A stretch of DNA of 63,516 bases, counting the filler, from Dimargaris cristalligena (Eukaryota): NCBI GenBank assembly GCA_003614675.1. It is 15 parts of 15 records of this genome, joined end to end, with 100 filler letters (N's around TTAATTAATTAA, not from the genome) between each part and the next. Parts side by side here need not be neighbours in the genome. Positions count along the whole stretch, not along the records: positions 8,674 to 12,900 come from ML003818.1; positions 13,001 to 17,178 come from ML003820.1; positions 17,279 to 21,452 come from ML003821.1; positions 21,553 to 25,711 come from ML003823.1; 11 more parts are not named here. One strand, 5' to 3'. The notes under the pieces are model-generated. The model was given only the letters and a program-made list of their open reading frames with translations. It ran no database searches and was not told where the DNA came from. The position numbers and the translations under genes are program-made. Below are positions 11,371-21,972 of this stretch, in pieces (the first letter of the stretch is position 1; each line of letters starts with the position of its first letter).

Positions 11371-12129
11371 TCAGGAAGATGCCATGCGCTCGATGACGGT
11401 GACGGGCATTTCGTCCCAGGTCCGGCCATTTAATTCGCGGCCGTTGGCCGCCTTCGCCCGTTTTTTTCCGTCTGCGCCCCATCCGCCCCACTGCTTGAAG
11501 AAAAAGGCGACTCCCTGCTCCTGGCATTGTGCCCGAACGGCCTCTGCCCATTCCATCTTCATTGGGCGCGCCTTCGGGCCAGACTCACCACCCACAATCA
11601 CCCAATGAATGTCCGTCAAGTTGAGCTCACCAACATCGGCCAGTAGCGGTTCAACTGATAGGAACCGGATGGTCGCGGGCACTTGGCGTAGGTAGTCGAT
11701 ACGGGGAACGCCGTACTTCCGGTCCTCGACAGAGACTCCAAGCCACGCATTCGTCGGCACTGAACGCTTCCGGAAATAGCGCGCCATCCGAGCGGCTCGT
11801 TTGGTAAGTATTTGATATGTATGGTGCGGTGTTTGTGCAATAACTTCGAATACTTTGTCGATATACGCGTCCGGCACCCGCTCGTGGAACAGATCCGACA
11901 TGGAGTTTACAAAATAAACTGTCGGCTTCTTGCGTTTGATCGGGTCGTTGAAGCGCTCAGGCAAAAGAGTGAGCGCAAAGCCGTTCTCATAGCCAGGCGT
12001 CCCCATTGCTTTCAGACGCTTGGCCATGGCCTCCGCATAGCAATGCTTGCACCCGGGCGAGATCTTGGTGCACCCGACTGTCGGGTTCCAGGTTTGCTCA
12101 GTCCACTCAATCTTGCTGATGGTTGTCAT
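11371..12129 (-). CDS. DUF5131 / phage Gp37-Gp68 family protein (radical-SAM-like three-Cys motif)
   Basis: IEWTEQTWNPTVGCTKISPGCKHCYAE (Cx6Cx2C), FVNSMSDLFH, QILTKR, FLSVEPLL, WVIVGGESG, FFFKQWGG, GRTWDEMP. Confidence 0.94.
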   Translation of the reverse strand: MTTISKIEWTEQTWNPTVGCTKISPGCKHCYAEAMAKRLKAMGTPGYENGFALTLLPERFNDPIKRKKPTVYFVNSMSDLFHERVPDAYIDKVFEVIAQTPHHTYQILTKRAARMARYFRKRSVPTNAWLGVSVEDRKYGVPRIDYLRQVPATIRFLSVEPLLADVGELNLTDIHWVIVGGESGPKARPMKMEWAEAVRAQCQEQGVAFFFKQWGGWGADGKKRAKAANGRELNGRTWDEMPVTVIERMASS

Positions 12130-12763
12130 CGAGATATTCCCTGTTTTTTTATCTTAGCCCCACCGGCCAACTGCGGCCTATAACTTCGGACAATCCCCCT
12201 GACGACACCGATGATGTTCAGGGTCTTCTCGGGAGTCACCGTCTTGCCGTCCATCCCGTGCGACACAAGGCGCGGCTGGCCCCGATCATTCCTGAATTCC
12301 TTGATGGTCTGGCTACCGTCGATTTCGGCCACCACGATGTCGCCAGTCAAAGCCTGCGAACTCGTCTCAACCACGGCCACGTCGCACTCAGGATCCCTAC
12401 GTTCAGCATTGAATCGCCGTGCACCTTCACCAGCACCGTCTTCGAAGGTTTCGCCATCAACAGTTGATCGAGAGCCTGCGCTTGCACAAGGCCCGTAGCG
12501 TCGCCATCCGCGCCAAAGCCTGCTCGCACTTCATCGTCGCTCAACTCCAGCGTGAAAAAGGCGGGACCTGGTGCCAAGCGCCCGCCCACAGACTTCGTCA
12601 GATGGCCGGAGGCAATCAGCCGCTGCGTCAGTTTGAAAGCTGCATTCTTCGCCTTGAAACCAAGCGCTTTGGCGATCTGGCTGTACGAGGGCACGCACCC
12701 CATCTGCGCATAGGTGTCGCGAAGTCGGCGCAAATGCGCCTGGTCATTGTTGGTTCGAGCCAT
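12126..12763 (-). pseudogene. LexA-family repressor / S24 peptidase with a single-base frameshift at ~12385
   Basis: N-terminal wHTH (PSYSQIAKALGF), Ala-Gly cleavage site (VRAGF), catalytic Ser (GDSM) in ORF 12347-12763. GDIVVA and catalytic Lys (TIKE) lie in ORF 12126-12380. Adding one G to AGT-GC-GAC restores ILSGDVAVV. The stop overlaps the DUF5131 start (ATGA). Confidence 0.87.
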
Positions 12764-12775
12764 TTCGTTATTTTG

Positions 12776-12791
12776 GTGGACAATCGTCCAC
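12776..12791. promoter_or_regulatory. Candidate operator GTGGAC-N4-GTCCAC
   Basis: Perfect 6-4-6 palindrome, 12 bp from the LexA-like start codon. Confidence 0.6.
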
Positions 12792-12799
12792 TAATCAAG

Positions 12800-12832
12800 A
12801 AAAATAATCGGACGCGGCGGTAGCCGCGCCCG
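12800..12832 (-). terminator. Probable intrinsic terminator upstream of the lexA-like promoter
   Basis: Minus strand reads CGGGCGCGGC-TACC-GCCGCGTCCG (10-bp stem, one G-U) followed by ATTATTTTT. Confidence 0.55.
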
Positions 12833-13000
12833 TCAGATCAACGAAGCAGATATAGACACCCGATCAGGAATCGAACAGGTTCAGGTTAGGACTGCGAATC
12901 NNNNNNNNNNNNNNNNNNNNNNNNNNNNNNNNNNNNNNNNNNNNTTAATTAATTAANNNNNNNNNNNNNNNNNNNNNNNNNNNNNNNNNNNNNNNNNNNN

Positions 13001-13117
13001 CCATACTCGTCAGGGGCAGGGGCAGGGGCTCATTCACTCGTCAGGGGCATACTTCTGATAAGTGCGAAAAATAGATAAAAAATAAAAGTAGGTAAAAAAT
13101 GTGGTAAGTTCACCACA
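13001..13117 (-). repeat. Terminus of a young repeat (family E)
   Basis: 115/117 identical to the reverse complement of 46622-46738. Flanks diverge right after TGTGGTAAGTTCACCACA. Confidence 0.85.
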
Positions 13118-16100
13118 ACCTCAATGTGTTAGGAATAGCCAAATGGCTAGTCATGTGTTGTCTTCAAATCCCTATTCATTATTGACTTTGTGATATCCAG
13201 CCTTGTAATGGTTGCTGGTTGTGGTCTGGCAACTGGTATGCCACCAAATCTGCGGAATGAAGGCACATTACTTATTACAATGAGGAGATGCTTTATATTA
13301 TTTTAAACCCAATTGGTTTTGGTAAACCACTGACTGGTTGGCTATCTTCCAGTTCATCCATAGTCATTAAAGTAGGCCTTCCCCAGAGAATGGCCATTTG
13401 TATCAGAATACTGGTATCAGGCTCCTTGATTCTGGTGGTTGTTACTGTGAATAATAACAGCAAATTGAGAATCAACCAGTAGTTACATACAATATTGTTA
13501 TAATAATGCACTAATATGCTGAAGGTATTCTCACAACTTCATGGTTGGTGCCATTCCCCAGACCGTACAGACACTGCCAGGTCATGAATATAACACAGCA
13601 TGATTACTTGGAAGGATAGGTTATTTGCTGCCTTATTTTTCCTATAGCTTTTCCTGCTTAGTAGATAATCAAGGATACACATGAACATCGACTGGTTATT
13701 GTCCAGGTACTGTCAGGAAACTTGGAAGATATCTAGTCGGAGATCGGACCCCAAGCAGGTTGGTAAAGCTAGCCGGGATTAAGCACCACATCTTTCCCCG
13801 ACCTAATTTTAGGCTAATAAATCATTATGAGTAATTGTTTAACATAAAATATCAGCACTGTCAGTAGCAAGAAAGTGATCAAAAGTACCCTTTTATGTGG
13901 ATTGTTTTATTGCTCAAAATTAGTGGATTATTAGAGTGAAAAGGATTTTCGTAAAAGTAACCAAGGAAACACGTTTGGCTTGTGCTGATACGGCCAGTAG
14001 GGATTTAACATTAATTACATTGGGTTAGTCAACAGCGCAATAAATGTCCGCGGTTGACAAACAGGCATACAGTGATAGGTAGCACTTCATATGGGTAGTA
14101 GGATAATACATTGCATAGTTATTCAACAAGGCAAAGGCTTTAGCAATATCCATTGGTAAGCTTGTGGGAGTCCAGACAATACACTGAAATAACGAGGGGG
14201 GAGTGTTGGTGGACAAATAGTACTGGTCTCTTGGCAATAAATTCTAGTATTCGCATATGGGCATATTGAAGTATCTTTTCACCCAGTTGAAGAATAATGG
14301 GCTAGAATACCTATTGCATTCCGCCATGCAGGTAAAAAAATAAAAAATACCAATGACGCTATCGGTGAATTGAGATTTAGCCTATCACATTGTCAATAGA
14401 ATAGTTGGCAAACACAAGTGCATCATGGATGTAGCTGTGTTTAAAATTGTTGGTAGACATTCCACTTCCAATGGCAATGTGCGCTTTTCCCTGCCAAATA
14501 AGTCTAATAGTCAGCAAAAAAAGGCAGAAAACACATAGCACCTCCCCACTCTTTAATATAATAAATCAGTGAGTTATATTTTACGCCAGGCCCGGTCAGA
14601 TTGACTTCAGTCCAAGTGGCAACTGCATATGAGGACCATAATTACCAATAATAGTTCCAAGTAGGCTAGGCATACCTAGGTGTTGGAATACTAAAGCAAC
14701 AGCAACAATTGCAAATTAAACAACCTCTCAAATGGGTCACGAATGTTGGCCTGCATACTGTAACAATGTTCAGGAATTATTTTGCTTATTAAAAGTTGAA
14801 GAATCTTCCTATGAAAGCGGGGATATGCACTCCAAATTAGGTCTCCCATTAATCCAGACGCATAGTCCTCGACCAGCATATCTTCTCCATTGGCATATCA
14901 AAATTAAACCTAAAGCCAAATAATGCTCACATGGGCCAGTAATTATCTAGCAAACGGGCAAAACTACGGAAAGGTCAAAGCAGCCAAACCCCTGTGCAAC
15001 AACTAAACGTATAGGAGGATGTCTATGACCAGGTAGTGCCTATGCAGTGCTGGATGACTGTACTAACTAAACATATGAGAAGAGACCTTCAGCCTTCCAG
15101 TCGATCCTGCAATCAAAGACAATGGCATACCAACCACTTGGCCCTCTCATTCCCATTATACTCCCCTTTCAATATCAGCTTCAGTGAATAATGGTACAGT
15201 ATTCTGCTACATATAATCCGGGGCAATTAAGCTATAGTGACTATTAGCGGAGTCCTAATTAGTTGATTGCCATGTGGTTGGGCAAATCCAGCAGGGTTTA
15301 ACTAAAACTACCAGCTGTTCATTACAATTAGTGACAGGCCTGTATTCCCTGGAACTTGCCAACAGTGCCAGGTCATAATCTGCATTTAGTTGTCTAGACT
15401 GGGCGGATAATATCATTGTAAAAGGTGGATAGGAAACCAGGACATGAACGAGATTCATATTCAAAATTTAGAGGGTGTAAATAAAATTATTGGATCTATT
15501 GTGCACCTATAATATTGTATTTTGAAGTGTATCGGCTTTAGTGGCCTGATACTTCTTGTTGTGGTTAAAAGCGAAGCCATTGTGGGCAACAAAGGAAATA
15601 CAAGTGTGCGAAGGCCACTTCTTTTATTATTAGGATTATATATCGTGAATAGGTGCACTGTCTTCCCCATAGAATCATAAGCTATATGGGTGATTTAAGC
15701 CCGATTGGATGGTAGAAGTTGGTTTGGCACAAGGTAGATAGCCACTGTCCCACCAAAAGGCTGCTCTATAAATACACAGCTTTCCTCCCTACAATTTTTT
15801 CATCATACCGGATTTTAAAAAAGTTATATTTTACACAACCAGAACATTCTTTCGCTATACACAACTTCCTACACCTGTGATTCCTTCACTCCTCTTCTGC
15901 TCCCGGTCTTTTCTTCTTTGATCAATTGCCTTCATTTCCCAACCAAATTATGGTCACACCCAAGTCACCCCTTATCCCCCTCGGTTGCCTGTGATATTAT
16001 ATACACACACCACACTGCAGTAATGCAGATCCATAAAATTACAATCTGCCCCTATGAGGGCTTGAACAATAGTCCTTCCCATATATTAGGGAGGGATTTT

Positions 16101-17082
16101 GTCACACGACCCCTCTGCTAAACTAACAGAGGCAGACCGAGGCCAAACAACGGTCTCCACCACCCAATAGACAATTCTTGGGTGGTGGTTGTCAGTGTCA
16201 TTCCATATTTGCCATATATTTTTAAAATATCTATAAATTTGTATGTTGATATAAACTAGCGGCAGTTGGCCTATATATATATATGGGGTGGTTTATGAAA
16301 TGACTATATGGATGAGACAGGGTAACTGGCCGTAAATTTAAGACAATACAACATTAGAAACTACTACCAATCCAATCTGTACTCTAATTATCAATAGTGG
16401 CGATAAAGACATCATGGCTGCATATATAAAGCCGGGTCTCTGGAATGATTCTTTCACCTTGCCCATTGGATTGTCTTTTTCGTAAATCCACATGGCAATT
16501 CCAATTCCAATGCCTATAATACTACCCTTTATTCCAACATTTAGCAGGGCACATTAACTGATCCGCGGAAGCCGATTAGGGTTTTATCTCTTATAATTAC
16601 GCACTTAATAAAAAAAAATTAATCAATTACTGTATTTTCCCTCTAGCTATTTTAGCCCATCTATGTGAAACACGGATTCAATGATTATTAATCTTTTTAT
16701 TTACAGCGAATTTACGCTTCTAATTAATAATTACATGTTCCATACTAGTGTAGACTGCTTGGACTTATTTGTCATATATATATCTCTCCTATCCCGCTGA
16801 CTGCGTATTAGGTTAAATCGGCCCATACTTGGGACATCAATTTATCAAGACTTTAGCAGATATTGATTGCATGATAATTCAATAACTAATTTTGATTAAT
16901 AATGATGGGGAACCAGTAGACTGGTCGCTATGAGGCGGGTAAATTAGATGCCCTGTGTAAAGGGGGGAAATGGAACACACACACAGCCAAGGGTGAGGGT
17001 GGGCACAGAGTAAGAGGTGGAGTTGAAAGAACCCCAACCAAAAAAGAGCAAATATAAGGGGGGAAAAGGCAGTCTGTAAGGC

Positions 17083-17178
17083 TGTCACCCGAGTTAACCA
17101 CTCTTAGTCCGTCAAGAGTCTCGGGGATAGGCTTCTAACAGTAGGCGGGGCGTTGGACACGGCCAAGCGGGCTACTAG
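17083..17178 (-). mobile_element. LTR family A, 3' end, CpG-intact young copy truncated by contig end
   Basis: TGTCACCCGAGTTAACCACTCTTAGTCCGTC aligns to 60178 onward and to the reverse complement of 690-781. Confidence 0.8.
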
Positions 17179-17278
17179 NNNNNNNNNNNNNNNNNNNNNN
17201 NNNNNNNNNNNNNNNNNNNNNNTTAATTAATTAANNNNNNNNNNNNNNNNNNNNNNNNNNNNNNNNNNNNNNNNNNNN

Positions 17279-17393
17279 ACATGATGCCATTGATGCTTCA
17301 ACATTCGAGGACTGGGGTTGTCGGCACTGCACCTACTTGAATCCATCCATGTTGTCGGAGTGCGAAATGTGCGGCCTACCCAAAGATCAATAG
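17279..17393 (+). CDS. NPL4: 3' end of a protein with a C-terminal NZF/RanBP2 zinc finger, likely Npl4 (partial)
   Basis: The frame from 17280 reads ..EDWGCRHCTYLNPSMLSECEMCGLPKDQ*, matching W-x-C-x2-C-T-[FY]-x-N-x6-C-x2-C at the extreme C-terminus. Not in the ORF track. Confidence 0.65.
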
Positions 17394-17786
17394 ATGGATA
17401 TGATGGATCAAACGTGGACTATCCTACCCGATGATTTCTTTACTCGTCATTGTTGGGGTGGATATATTCACCACGTCTTGTCCAGGTATCCCGTTTTCTC
17501 CTCTTGCCGCATGTATTCATAGCGTTTGTGTACACTTGTGATATTCTTTATTGCGATACTATCCACACTCCTTATTTTTTTTTATTCGTACTGCTATGCA
17601 AGGTGCCTGCTTGGTAAATAATGGGCATTCAATATATATTCGTTTTGCAAAAAAAAATATAATTAAGATGTACATTTGCACCGAGTCTTGGATGAAATAG
17701 GAAGCACAGGGGAGTATATTCAACTGTGGTGGGAGAGGAAATAGGGGGGAGGGGAAATACGTACCTCCCTTAATCTCCAAAATATT

Positions 17787-20328
17787 TTATTTTACTTTGG
17801 TGATTTGCAGAGACAAGTACGCGGCAACTAAACTAGCCACGCCTCCAATCCGGAGAATCCAGCCAATGGTGACTGCATTATTATCGGCTGGCTCATGGGC
17901 ACCCGCTTCGGCAGAGTTGCTGCCCGACTCAAAGAGAGCAAAAATGATACTACTAACAAAGGAGATGAGAAATTGGGGCATTACTACAAACATATTATGG
18001 ATACCCAGGATAATACCCGCTGAGAGATCCTGGTCCGGGCTCCCCTCGCTCTCGATTGGGGGCGATAAGGGGTCCACGGGTGACCATAGCGGGGACGTGA
18101 TGGGTTGTGGTGAGGCGGTCGCTGTTACTGGATTAAGGGGCCGCCGACCCGAGTCTCCGTACCGGCCTCTATCACTGTCGCTGTCACTATCGAAATGGAC
18201 GTGCACCTGGTCCGTGGATACCGCATGGTGCCCGGATAATCGGATCACCGGTGATTGGGTTTCCCCGGTATGGAGTGCCGGAACTGATCTCGTCCGGTTC
18301 CGGGCCAACCCACTGCCTCCGTCGGAGTGGCGCGGGGCCCCCCGGTGGTCCAAATTCAGGGGGTCGTCGATGCATTTCGAAGGGTGGGTAGATGCTAGAA
18401 ATTGATCGCGGGATCGGGTCCGATGCTGCCGGCGCGGCGGGTGGGCTGCCCTCGGACCACCTGCGGTTGGGGGCAGCACACGTAGTTCATTGTATTCAGT
18501 GTGGGCTCCACCGGTCGGTACGACGTCCAGGTCAACGCCCCACCGGTGCTGACTGAGGTATTCTCCGATTAGGGAAAAGGGCGCCCACATGGATACGGAC
18601 CAGCAAAACCCACACACGGCGATCATGAAGGTGACCTGGGCCGTCGTTACAATAAAGAAGGTCGACAGCATAGCAACGGCAAATATTATTTGGGAGAAGG
18701 TCCAGATACGCGGGAGGGTCAATTGAAAACCGCGTACATGCCATATCAGGGATTGCATAAGGCGTCGCAGACGGGCGAAGAGAGATGATGATGATGAGCC
18801 GTGGCCATGGCTGGATTGGGGACCAGATCGGAAAGTGTGCGAGGGGCCCGCAGTCACGAGGCCGGAGGAGGGAGTTACAATGAATGGTAAGAGCCAGGAT
18901 ACCGCCAGGGAGACGAGGGCGTAGATGAGTAATGCGTATGAGCCCGCCCGGGCGGACGCTCCGACGGGGTCAGTCACCGCGCCGCTACGTTTGGCCAAAG
19001 AGGCCCCTAGTGAGGGCGTCAGGCTTTCCACTGTCGACGGTGGTGGCGAAAGAGAGTCAGCAAGGGCCAGCGGATGTTCAGTAGAATAGATCGATGCGAC
19101 ATAGGTAGTACTATAAAACAAGAACGGAAACCAGCCGATCCAGGAGAAAAACTGAATGTTGCAGACCAGGCGCACTAGCTGGGGCAAGTTGCGGGCTGAT
19201 GAGATAATGTTGGTGAGAGTGGTCCAGGGCGATACCACCGTCCGGTTAAGGTGCTGTGCGGGTTCTTCGTGGATGAAGTAGCACGTGGTGCCGATGGTGC
19301 CGAAGAGGACGAGGATCGCCACCAGGCTGAGGGATTTAAGTTGGGTATCGCCTAGGAAGGGAAAGAGTCGGACAAGGTCCATGTAGCCTCTAAAACCCAA
19401 ACGTCGAAGTATTGGGTATATTACATGACAGTCGGTTAAACTCGGGGTTAGTCCAATACCATTTAGATGGTTGAAGAAGAGGACTAAGACAATCCAGATT
19501 TTTCGTATTAGCTGGGATAACCCCCCCCCCTCTTTCAGACATTCATTTGCACCATATCGAGCTATACATTAGCCGGAGCCTCCCCGACAAAAGGAACACT
19601 TACGTTAAATACCCCAGGACGTTCCCAATGCCAGTCATTCGGGAAGCCCAAGCGGTGCCATGTTCTTGCTTCGACGGCGGTAAGGCATCGACGATCAACG
19701 CCCGACAGCAGGCCTGAATTACATTCACGGCGAAGTCCAGGGCATAAATGGATACCACCGCCAGCCAAATCGTAGCCATTTGCCTACCCGTAGACGGCTC
19801 ACCAGTGGCAGCGGCGGATCCACCGAATATTCCAGTCAAATTAGGCGCCCACGCGAGGGTTATAAAGCACACAGCCACTATGCCGCTGGCCACAACCATA
19901 AACGGCCGCCGCCGACCGTAGACGGACCGACACCGGTCGCTCCAGGCGCCCACCAGGGGTTGCATGATAAGGCCCGATAGGGGCCCGGCCAGCCAGACGA
20001 GCGACATTAGGGATTTGGGAAGGCCGAGGGAGAGGAGGTAGGGAGTACCGTAGGCCATCTCGACACTCCAGGTGAACTGGAGACCGGTGAAACAGCACGT
20101 GAGAGCGAGGAATGTGAGGAGGTCGGACTGAGGTGGGGCAGTGGGGGTAACGGTGGACGAATGTACAGGAGGGTAGGACATGGATGTGGGCCTTGTCCGG
20201 TTCGGGGCCGGGTCTGGGTGGTAGGGGGTGGTCAGGTCCCTCCTGGCTAGGAGACCGGTGTCGGGTTCATCGTGAAGGTCGTTGAGCTGATGGTAGAGCG
20301 GTTGGGACGCAGTGGGCTCAGGGGCCAT
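17787..20328 (-). CDS. SUT1: MFS GPH-family sucrose/alpha-glucoside transporter (SUT1/SLC45-like); exons 20328-19604 and 19389-17787, 775 aa
   Basis: GLQFTWSVEMAYGTPYL, WLAGPLSGLIMQPLVGAWSDRCRSVYGRRRPF, QFFSWIGWFPF and GIHNMFVVMPQF. A GTAAGT..TTTAG intron joins GYLT|GYMDL in frame. Confidence 0.92.
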
Positions 20329-21972
20329 GACCGCTTTGGTATATATATTTATATTTATAGTCCTAATATAAGTCAACTAGAATAAAGGACAAGCAAGCGA
20401 GGATACACTAGGGCATGCTCGTACTGGTGGGTCGCATACTAAAGAAGGGGGCATAAAGAACTAGAGCATTGCCAAGGGTGAAGGGGGGGGGGAGAGAAAG
20501 AGATGAGACCTTGGCTTGGGCGGCGGGTAAAACCCTTTCTAATACGGAGTGGTTTGGGTAGGCCATATAATAGAGAGGGGGGCAGCTAGACTATGCGGAT
20601 GGCCTTCTTGAACCCTATACACGGACTATATACTTCCCCGGGATCACCACAAATCCCTAGTTATCAAGGGGGAATCCGGCGTATAGGAGAGCGGCACCTC
20701 AATTTTCAGCAAACTACTGATTGCCCAAAACTCCGCGCAAATTACTGCCAGGAGGTGTCCTCCCCTTTCACAGTAGAGTGGACTTCAGGCTTCGAGATAA
20801 GGTACAGCATCGCCACCCATTGGTATCTCTGCGCCCCTTTCTCCACTTCCTCCTGCACCAGCCAATCGTGGCTAGACCCTCTCAGGTGAAACAATTGACC
20901 GAATTGTAGTTGACTATTATACTATTTGAGGGCCCTATTAATTAAGGGGAGAAACTCAGCACAGCTGAATAAAGTGTTTACATGAAATGTGGGTATAGGA
21001 AAGTAGACGCGATATTCCTTTCCATCTAGTAATACTAGCTTCATCCAGAGTAATTTTTAGTTATAAAACCTGGTAGAGCTGCTCCCGCGTTAAACTATGC
21101 TCCTAAATTCTTAATTGGTCACGTGATCTAATAAGGGCAAATAACATAAGAGTGATATATTCGGCCCAGCTGTATAGGGATTTAAAGGATAAGTGTACAT
21201 GAAAATGGGTGGGTGATTCATTTTTAGCCAGTAGTATTTTCTGTGCTGCCATAGGCAGCTGGCCAGGGGCCGCGTAGGCTCCAGCGCATATTGTTAATCC
21301 AAGAAGTAGTCATACTTTGGATGAATTCAAGGTCCCCGGACGATTGACGAGTTATTTCCACGGGAACGGTCCGGGGTCGTTAATAATATTTTATTTCTTT
21401 ATGCTAGCTGATTCTCTTTTCCTTCAGCTTTCCAAATCATACTTCCATTTGCNNNNNNNNNNNNNNNNNNNNNNNNNNNNNNNNNNNNNNNNNNNNTTAA
21501 TTAATTAANNNNNNNNNNNNNNNNNNNNNNNNNNNNNNNNNNNNNNNNNNNNCCTCTAAAGGTCACGTGACCTAAATATGATGGCCCCCTTATATGGATT
21601 TTACCCTATATAGTCGGGTTGAACTTTACCCATTTCTAACAGAACTTAGGCTATTTATTAGCAGGGAGGGGGGGTCTAGGTGGAGGTATCGATTGCTATA
21701 ATGACTTGGGATTATTTTTTTTATACAGGGAAGAGGTGTAGCACAGGTAAACATGCCAACTGCGAAAGAAACTTTCGGATTATACAGTATCTATCATTAG
21801 ACAACTACTGATATAGAATAGTAATTTATTTAGAAATATAAATACAATAAATGGCGGTCTACATAAACGTGCATTAAAGGCATTACAACTAAACCAAGGC
21901 ACAAAAAGGAGAAGAGAACGATAGGGGCATGTATCATGTGATGTTACGGTTTCGTCCTCAGAGAGAAACATT

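Noticed and set aside
8674-12900. Horizontal transfer of bacterial genes into the fungus
   Set aside because: No junction with eukaryotic DNA. Adjacency is only via linkers.
12864-12900. Possible upstream gene end IRSPNLNLFDS* resembling a beta-clamp-binding motif
   Set aside because: Only 11 codons at a contig edge, and the frame cannot be established.
21561-21572. GGTCACGTGACC palindrome (E-box-like; similar sites at ~21117 and ~60763)
   Set aside because: Short common motif with no supporting context.
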